A stretch of DNA of 64,000 bases from an uncultured Anaerolineales bacterium (GTDB lineage: Bacteria; Chloroflexota; Anaerolineae; Anaerolineales; UBA6663), in contig CAYZRP010000006.1 of NCBI GenBank assembly GCA_964480865.1, forward strand, positions 4,064-68,063. The letters run 5' to 3'. Position 1 is the first letter of the stretch; every line of letters begins with the position of its first letter. This document shows positions 45,996-54,879 of this stretch, piece by piece. The notes below the pieces were generated by a model. The model worked only from the letters and a program-made list of their open reading frames with translations, was not told where the DNA came from and did not search any database. The translations under genes and the position numbers were made by a program.

Positions 45996-46025
45996 CCGGA
46001 CAGGATTTCAGGTTTCGCCGGACAG
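45996..46025 (+). promoter_or_regulatory. direct repeat CCGGACAG x2 (22-bp phasing) upstream of rdhA
   Basis: CCGGACAG at 45996-46003 and 46018-46025. The first copy overlaps the inverted repeat AAATCC-N5-GGATTT. The sites lie about 100-125 nt upstream of the rdhA ATG. Confidence 0.3.
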
Positions 46026-46122
46026 AGAATCGGGTCTTTCCGCTCAGAGCGTTGCGTCGAAACCGTTACAGTCGTATCGACCCCTGGTCACAACGTATTC
46101 ATCATACCCAAGGAGGGAGTCG

Positions 46123-47544
46123 ATGAGCGACACAGACAAGGCCAAGCGGAAGTTTGGCCGACGAGAGTTCTTCAAGATGGCCGGCCTTGGCACCGGCGCG
46201 GCGGTGGCCGCGTCGTCGCTGCAACCGGTCAAGACGGCCAACGCCTCGGCCGCGCCGTACACGGATCCCGCTGGCCGGCCGGCCCGCCCGTGGTGGGTCA
46301 AGACGGTCGATCAGCCCACGACCGAGATCGACTGGGCCAAGATGAAGCGCTACAACGAGCGCTACGTCCAGGAAGAGGGCGCGGGCACGGTGCGCGGCGG
46401 CGGGTTTGCCGGTTATCTCGGCAAGGAAGAAGCCGAACGCCTGGTCAAGATGGGCGACGACAAGAACCTGCAACGGATCCGCGACAACGTCGACGGCTAC
46501 ACGCTCAAGGACTTCGCCCTGAGCGCCGGTCAGTCGGCCACAAGCGTCGGGCGCAGCTTCCTGGGCCCGCAGAAGGCCCAGACCCCCGAAGAGCGCGGCG
46601 TTCCGGCCTGGAAGGGCACGCCGGCCGAAGCGGCCAAGATGCTCCGCGCGGCGATGCGGCACATGGGCGCCTCGACGATCGGTTTCGTCGAGCTCGATGA
46701 CAACACCCGCAAGCTGATCTACTCGATCGATCCCGACGGGCACATCATGGAGTTCACCGACGACCCGGTGGCCTCCGAGACCGAGACGCATCGCTACATC
46801 CCCAATAGCTGCAAGTACGCGATCGTCTACACGGTCCAGATGTCGGAAGAGGCGATGAAGCGCTCGCCCACGATGACGGCTTCGCAGACGACGACCGGCG
46901 CGTATTCGCGCGGCGCGCAGATCGCGGCCGGCACCCAGGAGTTCCTGCGCTCGCTCGGATATCAGTGCCTGAGCGAGGCGTCGACAAACGCACTGGGCAT
47001 CGCCCCGGCCTTCGGTGTGCTCGCCGGCCTGGGCGAGATGTCGCGCATGAACCGCATGATCTCGCCCGAGTTCGGGCCCATGGTGCGCGTCTTCAAGATG
47101 CTCACCGATCTGCCGGTCGAGGTCGACAAGCCGATCAACGCCGGGATCATGGAGTTCTGCAAGTCTTGCAAGAAGTGCGCTGAGGCGTGCCCGTCGGGCG
47201 CCCTGAGCTTTGAGAGCGAGCCGTATTGGGAAACCAAGGGCGGCTGGAACAACCCGGGTCACAAGGCCTGGTTCGAAGACGCCGTCAAGTGCCGCACGTA
47301 CTGGGTCTCAGAGGCCGGCACGAACTGCGGCATCTGTTTCGGGGTGTGCCCGTTCTCCAAGAAGGACAAGGCCTGGATCCACGACTGGGTCAAGGCCGGC
47401 ACAAGCAGCGCTCCGTTCCTCGCGTCCTTCTTCCGCAGCATGGACGATGCCTTTGGGTACGGCGTCCAGAAGAGCGGCGAGGAATGGTGGAACCTGGATC
47501 AACCGGAATACGGCGTTGACAGTTCGATTGTCGTGAAGGGGTGA
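46123..47544 (+). CDS. rdhA: reductive dehalogenase catalytic subunit
   Basis: ATG at 46123 preceded by AAGGAGGGAG. Tat signal RREFFKMAGLG. Fe-S motifs CKSCKKCAEACP and C-x13-CGICFGVCP. Confidence 0.85.
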   Translation: MSDTDKAKRKFGRREFFKMAGLGTGAAVAASSLQPVKTANASAAPYTDPAGRPARPWWVKTVDQPTTEIDWAKMKRYNERYVQEEGAGTVRGGGFAGYLGKEEAERLVKMGDDKNLQRIRDNVDGYTLKDFALSAGQSATSVGRSFLGPQKAQTPEERGVPAWKGTPAEAAKMLRAAMRHMGASTIGFVELDDNTRKLIYSIDPDGHIMEFTDDPVASETETHRYIPNSCKYAIVYTVQMSEEAMKRSPTMTASQTTTGAYSRGAQIAAGTQEFLRSLGYQCLSEASTNALGIAPAFGVLAGLGEMSRMNRMISPEFGPMVRVFKMLTDLPVEVDKPINAGIMEFCKSCKKCAEACPSGALSFESEPYWETKGGWNNPGHKAWFEDAVKCRTYWVSEAGTNCGICFGVCPFSKKDKAWIHDWVKAGTSSAPFLASFFRSMDDAFGYGVQKSGEEWWNLDQPEYGVDSSIVVKG

Positions 47545-47548
47545 GGCC

Positions 47549-47767
47549 ATGAAGTCCTATACGCTTCAAATCGCAAAGCGCCCGTGGTACGAATGGGCGT
47601 TGTGGGTGGTGTGGTTCCTGGTCGAGATCTTTATCCTGCAGAACGCGATCGCCAGCGGCGCCGAGCTTGAGCCGCGCGCGGCCTCGATCTTCTGGATGAC
47701 CTTCATCGTCCTGTTGTTGGGCGGTGGCATCGTCTGGTTCGTGCGACGCGCGCGCCTGGCGAAGTAA
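47549..47767 (+). CDS. rdhB: reductive dehalogenase membrane anchor-like protein
   Basis: 72 aa with two hydrophobic helices. Starts 4 nt after the rdhA stop. The position and size are typical of RdhB. Confidence 0.65.
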   Translation: MKSYTLQIAKRPWYEWALWVVWFLVEIFILQNAIASGAELEPRAASIFWMTFIVLLLGGGIVWFVRRARLAK

Positions 47768-47797
47768 TTCCGCTCGAAGGCAAGCGTCTGATATCTG

Positions 47798-47823
47798 GAG
47801 AGGAAGGGCGATCCCTTCCTCTC
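47798..47823 (+). terminator. perfect 11-bp hairpin after rdhB (attenuator/stabiliser or weak terminator)
   Basis: GAGAGGAAGGG-cgat-CCCTTCCTCTC followed by CTTTC. It lies between rdhB and rdhC. Confidence 0.45.
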
Positions 47824-47838
47824 CTTTCGGCTACAGAG

Positions 47839-49071
47839 ATGACATCGATCCCGCCGACAGCCCCCGAGACCGATCGCGCCCCCGCCGGGCCGCGCGCCGA
47901 AAAATCGCGCCGCCAGCGCTGGCTGGTGCTCGCCACCCTGCTCGCCGTCGTGGCGGCCTGGGTCTATGGATGGCTGACGGCGGGCTTCGACGTGGCGCCC
48001 GAGGCCCTGGCGGCCATCGCCGGCGCCACCCGGGTTGAGGCTCGCGGTTCGATCTACTACGGCTACGACGGCGCCGGGCAGTTGGTCGGCTATGCGGGGA
48101 AGGGCGAGGCGCCGGGCTACGGCGGCCCGATCACGCTTGTCGTCGGGCTGGATCTCGCCGGCGCCGTGACCGAGGTGCGGGTCGTTCAGCAGCGCGAGAC
48201 ACCCAGCTTCTTCAGGCTGCTGGATCGCGAGGGCTACTACGACCAGTTCCAGGGTCAGCCGTACGACGCGAACTTCCAGCTCGGCCAGGGCATCGACGGA
48301 GTCAGCGGCGCGACCTTCAGCGCCGATGGCGTCGCCGCGGCGACGCGGCAGGCCATCCGGTCCGTGGCAGCCGAGGGTCTCGGGCAATCGCTGCCCGCCG
48401 ACGATGTCCCGATCCGTTTCGGCATCCCAGAAGTCGTCCTCATCCTGCTGTACGTTGTCGGCTACATCGGACACCGCCTGCGCAGCGCCCTCTGGCGCAC
48501 ACGTGTGCGCTGGGCGACGCTCCTGACCGGCCTTGTTGTCGTCGGCTTCATCTACACCATGCCGTTCACGATCACGCAGGTCGTATCGCTTCTCAGCGGC
48601 TACTGGCCCGACTGGCGCACCAACCTGTACTGGTACCTGCTCCTGGGCGGCATCGCCTTCGTCACGACGGTCGACGCCAAGAACCCGTACTGCAGCTGGT
48701 TCTGCCCGTTCGGAGCCTTTCAAGAGTGCCTGGGCACGATCTCGGGCGCGAAGCTGTATCGTCCCAGACAATGGGCTTCTGCGCTCACCTGGCTCCAGCG
48801 CGGGTTGGCCGGTGTGGCCATCGTGCTGGGGCTGGCGCTACGCCGACCGGGCGTGGCCGGGTATGAGCCCTTTGGCACGCTCTTCGATCTGCGCGGCACG
48901 ACCGTGCAGTGGGCCTTCCTGCTGCTCGTCGTGCTCGCCAGTCTTGTGATCTACCGACCGTTCTGCAACTACCTGTGCCCGATCGACCCCGTGGTGGAGT
49001 TCATCGCCGAGGTCCGGCGACAGGTCCGGGAAGGATGGCGCCGATGGCAGAGCCGCCACGCAAAGATCTGA
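47839..49071 (+). CDS. rdhC: RdhC/PceC-like membrane flavoprotein (FMN-binding domain + NosR/NapH-type polytopic Cys-motif domain)
   Basis: FMN_bind motif GIDGVSGATFS, about six TM helices, and the motifs CSWFCPFG and CNYLCP. Confidence 0.75.
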   Translation: MTSIPPTAPETDRAPAGPRAEKSRRQRWLVLATLLAVVAAWVYGWLTAGFDVAPEALAAIAGATRVEARGSIYYGYDGAGQLVGYAGKGEAPGYGGPITLVVGLDLAGAVTEVRVVQQRETPSFFRLLDREGYYDQFQGQPYDANFQLGQGIDGVSGATFSADGVAAATRQAIRSVAAEGLGQSLPADDVPIRFGIPEVVLILLYVVGYIGHRLRSALWRTRVRWATLLTGLVVVGFIYTMPFTITQVVSLLSGYWPDWRTNLYWYLLLGGIAFVTTVDAKNPYCSWFCPFGAFQECLGTISGAKLYRPRQWASALTWLQRGLAGVAIVLGLALRRPGVAGYEPFGTLFDLRGTTVQWAFLLLVVLASLVIYRPFCNYLCPIDPVVEFIAEVRRQVREGWRRWQSRHAKI

Positions 49072-49283
49072 AGCGGCCGTTCTTCGTCGCCTGGCTGGCG
49101 TTCTGCCTGGTGCTCGTGGTCCTGGTCTGGGTCGACAACCTCGGACCGGGCGAGGTTGCAGCGCCGCAGCCGGGCTTCGTGCGCAGCACCGCGCCGGTCA
49201 GCGTCGGCACGGTGACGCCAACTGTCAGCGTCGTGGCCACACCCGGCGAGGCGCCCACTCAAGATGTCACCGATGATCAGTGA
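49035..49283 (+). CDS. hypothetical small membrane protein
   Basis: ATG at 49035, one TM helix, and overlaps with both neighbouring genes. Weak call. Confidence 0.3.
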   Translation: MAPMAEPPRKDLKRPFFVAWLAFCLVLVVLVWVDNLGPGEVAAPQPGFVRSTAPVSVGTVTPTVSVVATPGEAPTQDVTDDQ

Positions 49284-50295
49284 GATAGCCCGTGTGAACA
49301 CTCATCCTGCCCGGGGTATCCGAGGCGTCTCGCGCCGCCGTTTTCTGAGGATCGTGGCGTTTGGCGGCCTCGCCGCCGGCCTCGGTGCCGCGACGGTCCG
49401 CCGACTGGCGCCGACAGCTGCGCGGGCCAGCCGGGTGCTGATGGGCACCGTGGTCAATCTGGCGATCGTCAGCGACGATGAACGCCGGGCAACCGAGGGC
49501 CTGACCGCGGCCTTCGCCGAGATGGAACGCCTGATTGCGCTGTTTGACCACCGCCGCCCGGAGAGCACGCTGGGGCGCCTCAACGCGTCAGGGTCGTTGA
49601 GCGAGCCGCCGGCCGAGTTTGTCGAGGTCCTGGCGCATGCGCTGGCCCTCAGTGCGTTGACCGACGGCGCTTTCGATGTCACAGTCCAACCCGTGATCGA
49701 CGCCTACCGCGACGGCATGACGATGGTTGACAGCCTGCGTGAGAGGATCGACTATCGACTGGTCGCGCTGAGCGATCGCGAGGTGCGCCTCGGCCGTCCC
49801 GGCATGGCGCTGACGTTCGATGGCCTCGCCAAGGGCCGCGTCGTCGACGGCGCGGTGGGCGCGTTGCGCTCGCTGGGCTTCGAGCGAGTCCTTGTCGAGG
49901 CCGGCGGCGACCTGTTTGCGTCGCGCACCGGCATCGATGGCCAACCCTGGCGCATCGGCATCCGTGACCCGCATGGCGCAGCCGACAATGCCGTCCTCAC
50001 ATTCGGGGCGGCCGATCTTGCCGTGGCGACGTCCGGCGACTATCTCAACGCCTTCACGATCGATCACGCGCTGCACCACATCATCGACCCGCGAACCCTG
50101 CGGTCGCCGGCGGAACTATCCAGCGCGACGGCGCTTGCGCCCACGGCCATGGCCGCCGATGCCCTGAGCACGGCCCTGCTCGTGCTCGGCGTCGATGCGG
50201 GCCTTGCCCTGGCGGAGTCGTTGCCGGGTGTAGAGGCCTTGCTGATCACCAAGGACGACCGACGTGTCGCCACGTCGGGCTTTCCGACTGCGTGA
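49264..50295 (+). CDS. apbE: FAD:protein FMN transferase (ApbE family) with Tat-type signal
   Basis: RRRFLRIVAFGGLAAGLG signal. ApbE-like core (..AFDVTVQP..ATSGDYLNAF..HIIDPRT). Confidence 0.8.
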   Translation: MSPMISEIARVNTHPARGIRGVSRRRFLRIVAFGGLAAGLGAATVRRLAPTAARASRVLMGTVVNLAIVSDDERRATEGLTAAFAEMERLIALFDHRRPESTLGRLNASGSLSEPPAEFVEVLAHALALSALTDGAFDVTVQPVIDAYRDGMTMVDSLRERIDYRLVALSDREVRLGRPGMALTFDGLAKGRVVDGAVGALRSLGFERVLVEAGGDLFASRTGIDGQPWRIGIRDPHGAADNAVLTFGAADLAVATSGDYLNAFTIDHALHHIIDPRTLRSPAELSSATALAPTAMAADALSTALLVLGVDAGLALAESLPGVEALLITKDDRRVATSGFPTA

Positions 50296-50317
50296 CAGGT
50301 GCGCTCAAGAGGATCCC

Positions 50318-51445
50318 ATGACCGATCACCCCACAGACCCGACCCTGGCCGAACCGTCGAGCGTCGCCCTCAAGGCTGCACTGGCGCGCGCTGAAGTTGA
50401 CGGCGACCTCGCTGCCCAGAACGTGCTCGCCGGAAAGCTCGGCCGCGCCCTGTTGGACGAGAACGAGGCGCTGCCGGCGTTGGCGTATTTCGAGCAGGGC
50501 GTCAAGATCGCGCAGCAACTTGACGACAAGGAGTCGGGCGCGCGGCATCTTGCCAATCAGGGCCTGGCGCTCGGTCAGATCGGGAACTACACCCTGGCCA
50601 TGCGCGCTTTCCGGAAAGCCTACGGTTTCGCGCGCGAGCTCTCGGACGATCCGCTGACGTTCGACCTGTTGCTGCGAATGGCGGAACTTGAGCGGGCCCG
50701 CAAGAACCCTGAGAGCGCGATCGGCCATCTCGAGGAGGCGCTCGACATCGCCAACCGTCATCGGAGCATCAGCCGCGCCCTGCGCGTCCATCTTGAGCAC
50801 GGCCAGGCGAGCTGGGATCTCGACGAGACCGACGTCGCCGTCGAGCACTTCGAGACGGCTCTGCGACTGGCGCGGGATGCCGGGGACGTCGCCGCACAGG
50901 GTCAGTGCCTGAACACCCTGGGCGCCTTCGCGCGCTCGCGTCGCGACATGAAGGGAGCCGCCGATTATTTCGCCGCGGCGCTGGCGCTCTCCCCGGCCGC
51001 GCTCTCAAAGCCGCAGCGATTGGCCCTCCTGGCTCAGCTCGGCGACATCCGCTTCAGCCAGGGCGAGTTTGACGCTTCGCGCGAGCTCTTCACCGAGGGG
51101 TTGACGATCGCCCAGAGCCTCGGCGATCGCGCCTCCGAATGCCGGATCCTGGGGAGCCTCGGCCTGATTGCGGCTGATCTCGGGGACTCAGACGAGGCCC
51201 TGCGCCTCGCCAATCAGGGCGTGGCCCTGGCCCGCGAGTTGGGCGATGCCCGGCTGCAGGGCGAACAACTGCTGTACCAGTCCATGGCGCTGAGCGACCA
51301 CGGCCTTGCTGAACAATCGCTTGAGGCCTGCGACGCGGCCATCGCCCTGTTTGAGAGCATCGAGGCCTCGTCACTTGTCCAGAAGGCGTACGAGCTGCGA
51401 GAAAAGCTGGTCAGCGAACCGGCTGACGATGCCGAAGACCTCTGA
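50318..51445 (+). CDS. tetratricopeptide-repeat protein
   Basis: ATG at 50318. Repeated ~34-40-aa helical units (..A..Y..AL.IA...GD...). Confidence 0.65.
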   Translation: MTDHPTDPTLAEPSSVALKAALARAEVDGDLAAQNVLAGKLGRALLDENEALPALAYFEQGVKIAQQLDDKESGARHLANQGLALGQIGNYTLAMRAFRKAYGFARELSDDPLTFDLLLRMAELERARKNPESAIGHLEEALDIANRHRSISRALRVHLEHGQASWDLDETDVAVEHFETALRLARDAGDVAAQGQCLNTLGAFARSRRDMKGAADYFAAALALSPAALSKPQRLALLAQLGDIRFSQGEFDASRELFTEGLTIAQSLGDRASECRILGSLGLIAADLGDSDEALRLANQGVALARELGDARLQGEQLLYQSMALSDHGLAEQSLEACDAAIALFESIEASSLVQKAYELREKLVSEPADDAEDL

Positions 51446-51745
51446 CCGGTCCGTGTTGGCCCACCCGTAGGGCGCGGTCGCACCACCCCAATCGTCTGGA
51501 ACCGTCCCGCTGACGCCGGGCGCGATCCGGTGACACGCTCGGCGCGACGGTAAACCTCGCCTCACGGCCTCCAACCGCTGTCTCTCGAGGCGCTTGCTCC
51601 TCAGGCGTCGGGCGCATCGCCGCGGTTGCCGGCTCTCCGCAGACGCACAACCGAGGTAAGGATTTCGGGCATCACCCCGTCTATACGCCAGAACCCGCAG
51701 GCCTGTTCGGGTGGCAACGCCTGCCTGCTGACGCTGGAGGTTGCG

Positions 51746-53470
51746 ATGGACATGATCCCCGAGCGCTATTCGGTCGCCATCATCGGTTCGGGCATGGGTG
51801 GCTCGACGCTGGCCAGCGTCCTCGCCCGGCAGGGGCTTTCGGTGATCGTCTTCGAGGGCGGGGTGCATCCACGCTTCACCATCGGCGAGTCCATGATCCT
51901 CGAGACGTCCGAGGCCATGCGGGCATTGGCCGAGTTCTACGACGTGCCTGAACTGGCCTACTACTCGTCCGAGAATTTCTACACCGACATCGGCACCTCG
52001 CACGGCGTCAAGCGCCACTTCAGCTTCGTCCATCACACGCCGGGCCGGCCCGCCACGGCCGAGCGCAGCCTGCAGGCCGTCATCCCGCGGATGCCGTACG
52101 GGCACGAGATCCACATCAACCGGCAGGACTCCGACTACTTCCTGACCTCGGTGGCCGTCTCGTACGGCGCCGACGTGCGCCAGGGCACATTGATCCAGGA
52201 TGTGCGCATCGGGCCGGACGGCGTCGAGATCGTGACCCAGAAGGGCGAGGTCTTCCACGCCGACTACGTCATCGATGCCGGCGGGATGAAGTCGCTCCTG
52301 GCTCAGCAGTTCGGGTGGCGTCATCGGGACATGCTGACCCACTCGCGCACGATCTTCACGCACATGATCGACGTGCCGTGCTTCACCGAGGTCTCGGCCG
52401 GGATGCGCGCCTCCGGCCATCCGTTTCGATTATCGGAGGGCACGCTGCATCATCTTTTCCGCGGGGGCTGGCTGTGGGTGATCCCGTTCAACAATCATCC
52501 GGCCGCCACGAACCCGCTGTGCAGCGTCGGCCTGCAGCTGGATCCGCGGCTGCATCCGCAACGACCCGACCTGTCGCCGGAGGCCGAGTTCCTGGACTTC
52601 ATTAAGGATTACCCCGATGTGCAGGCCCAGTTCGCGGGAGCCCGGGCGGTGCGCGACTGGATGCGCATCGATCGGCTGCAGTATTCGGCTCACCACATCG
52701 TTGGCGATCGCTGCGCGCTGCTGGCGCACGCCGCCGGGTTCGTCGATCCGCTGTACTCGAAAGGCCTGTACGTCACCCATGCCAGCCTGTTCCTGTTGGC
52801 GGACCTGCTGATCAAGGCGCACCGGACCGGGGATTATTCGGCAGCGGCGTTCGCGCCGCTCGAGCGCATGACCCTCGATTACGTCGGCATGCACGACAGG
52901 CTGGTCGCCAGTTCATTCAAGTCGTGGCGCAACTTCAAACTCTGGAACGCCTATGAGGTCCTCTGGCTGTTGGGGGCGTACCTGGAATACCTGCGCCTGA
53001 TCATCAACCGCTACCGCGCGAAGGGCGACCGCGGTCGTTACCTGGAGCTGATGCGGTCGCACCGGCTCGTCGGGGGCGGGTTCGACAAGTTCTTCGACGT
53101 GCAGGAGAAGATCGATGCGATCCTGGACGCCGTCGATCCCGATGACGAAGCCGCTGTCGATCGCGCGGTCGCGGCGATCAAGGCCGAGTTCGCGCGCTTT
53201 CCGTGGATCCCGACGACGATCCGCGACCTCCTGGAGGGCAAGAACCATCTGCCCGACAACAAGCTGCGCCTCAACCTGCTCAACCCGAAGACGGGCTTCT
53301 TCGGCGATGGCCCTTACCGCGAACACTTCTTCGGCGAGGCTACGCCGGTCGAGCTCCTGGCGCGGGCCGGGCAAGACCAGCTGCGCTACTCGGTTCCCGC
53401 GCTGAGAAACCGGCGTCGGCGCCGTGCCCGATTGGCCTGGCAGAGCCCCTCGGAGCGCCGACATGTTTGA
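51746..53470 (+). CDS. flavin-dependent halogenase
   Basis: ATG at 51746 preceded by GGAGG. GxGxxG (IIGSGMGG), WxWxIP (GGWLWVIPF) and FxxPxxSxG (FVDPLYSKG) motifs are all present. Confidence 0.8.
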   Translation: MDMIPERYSVAIIGSGMGGSTLASVLARQGLSVIVFEGGVHPRFTIGESMILETSEAMRALAEFYDVPELAYYSSENFYTDIGTSHGVKRHFSFVHHTPGRPATAERSLQAVIPRMPYGHEIHINRQDSDYFLTSVAVSYGADVRQGTLIQDVRIGPDGVEIVTQKGEVFHADYVIDAGGMKSLLAQQFGWRHRDMLTHSRTIFTHMIDVPCFTEVSAGMRASGHPFRLSEGTLHHLFRGGWLWVIPFNNHPAATNPLCSVGLQLDPRLHPQRPDLSPEAEFLDFIKDYPDVQAQFAGARAVRDWMRIDRLQYSAHHIVGDRCALLAHAAGFVDPLYSKGLYVTHASLFLLADLLIKAHRTGDYSAAAFAPLERMTLDYVGMHDRLVASSFKSWRNFKLWNAYEVLWLLGAYLEYLRLIINRYRAKGDRGRYLELMRSHRLVGGGFDKFFDVQEKIDAILDAVDPDDEAAVDRAVAAIKAEFARFPWIPTTIRDLLEGKNHLPDNKLRLNLLNPKTGFFGDGPYREHFFGEATPVELLARAGQDQLRYSVPALRNRRRRRARLAWQSPSERRHV

Positions 53471-54062
53471 CACCACGTTGCGCCAGGCCAAGGATCGCGT
53501 CGGAACGCCGCTCGCGTTGCGTCTCGGCGCCGTCTCGCCGAACGCCGTGTCGGTCGGCGGGTTCGTGGTCGGGCTCATCGCGGCCTGGCAGGCCAGCCAG
53601 GGGAACGGCGTCGCGGCCGTGATCCTGTGGCTGTTCAGCCGGATCCTCGACGGCCTCGACGGCCTGATCGCGCGCCTGCACGGAAAGCAAAGCGACTTCG
53701 GCGGCTACCTCGACATCGTGCTGGACTTCGTCGTCTACGCGGCCGTGCCAATCGGGTTGACGCTGAACGAGCCCGGACTGGATCGCTTCATCGCGCTTGC
53801 CGTTATGCTGTCGAGCTTCTACGTCAACGCGGCCTCGTGGATGATGCTGGCCGCGATCCTCGAGAAGCGCGGGCGTATCGAGGACGGGCTCACGACGGTC
53901 ACGATGCCGCCCGGCCTGATCGGCGCCCTCGAGACCATCGCGGCCTACACCGCCTTCTTGCTCTGGCCCGAGCAGACGGTGTGGTTGTTCAGTGTCTTCG
54001 CGGCCCTGGTGGGTGCCACGATCATCCAGCGACTCGTCTGGGCCTGGCGCCATCTGCGCTGA
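53463..54062 (+). CDS. CDP-alcohol phosphatidyltransferase family protein
   Basis: ATG at 53463 overlaps the halogenase 3' end by 8 nt. Motif [26 protein letters not shown] (DG-x2-AR-x8-G-x3-D-x3-D). Confidence 0.8.
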   Translation: MFDTTLRQAKDRVGTPLALRLGAVSPNAVSVGGFVVGLIAAWQASQGNGVAAVILWLFSRILDGLDGLIARLHGKQSDFGGYLDIVLDFVVYAAVPIGLTLNEPGLDRFIALAVMLSSFYVNAASWMMLAAILEKRGRIEDGLTTVTMPPGLIGALETIAAYTAFLLWPEQTVWLFSVFAALVGATIIQRLVWAWRHLR

Positions 54063-54085
54063 GGCTGAACAAGAGGGAACCTTTG

Positions 54086-54643
54086 ATGACTCATCTGCGA
54101 CTGGGCGAGCCCGCACCGGATTTCACGTTGACAACTGTGGAAGGCGAAGCGCTCACGCTTCGCGACGTTCTGGCGGACGGACGTTCGGTCGTGCTTGTCT
54201 TCCTCCGTCACCTGGGGTGTCTGCCCTGCCGCGCGCATGTGACCGAGTTGTGCAACCGAAGCCATACGCTCTCGGCCCTGAACGCTCGCGTGCTGGTTGT
54301 TTCGTTCGGGACGCTGCCGGCCGTGCAGCGCTGGCTCGCCGAGACCTGCGGCGAGTTTCGCGTCGGCATTGATCGCGATCGCTCGGTGTACACGGCCTAC
54401 GGCCTCGAGCGATCGTTCTGGCGCTCGCGCAGCCTGCGCACGCGCTGGTTCTACTTCCGCGCCTGGCTGGCCGGGACGCCGACCCACACGTCGCAGGGCG
54501 AGGACCTGTCGCAGCTCGGCGGCGACTTCATCGTCGATCCCGCCGGTCGGCTGCGCCTGGTCCACCCGAGCCGCGAGCCTGTCGATCGGCCCTCGGTCGA
54601 CCAGTTGATCGACTCGCTCACGGCGATCAAGGTTGAGTCTTAA
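54086..54643 (+). CDS. AhpC/TSA (redoxin) family thioredoxin-fold protein
   Basis: ATG at 54086. ..APDFTLTTVEGEALTL..VVLVFLRHLGCLPCRAH.. is redoxin-like. The 150-aa N-terminal extension in the track ORF is rejected. Confidence 0.7.
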   Translation: MTHLRLGEPAPDFTLTTVEGEALTLRDVLADGRSVVLVFLRHLGCLPCRAHVTELCNRSHTLSALNARVLVVSFGTLPAVQRWLAETCGEFRVGIDRDRSVYTAYGLERSFWRSRSLRTRWFYFRAWLAGTPTHTSQGEDLSQLGGDFIVDPAGRLRLVHPSREPVDRPSVDQLIDSLTAIKVES

Positions 54644-54879
54644 GTTTCACACGTGCTGCCGCTTGAAGGTCCACGGATTCTGGCCGCTCATTTCGCGAAT
54701 GGATGAGCTTCAACCCCAGTGGCTTTGCAGGGACCAGTTCGCGTCATTCGCGATATTCGCGGCAAGAGAACTCTGACCTGCCGGGAGGGTGTGTCGAACT
54801 GCAAGATCCCTCCCAATCGAGGTTGTTCATAGCCGGAGCGTGGTGTCATCCAGCCAATCCCGGGATCGACCGAGATCAG

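Noticed and set aside
54692-54761. TTCGCG repeats (palindrome TTCGCGAA at 54692; three direct TTCGCG units at a 9-nt period, 54738-54761)
   Set aside because: They lie between the 3' ends of two convergent genes, so an operator role is unlikely. They are too short and too few to call a repeat family. Noted only.
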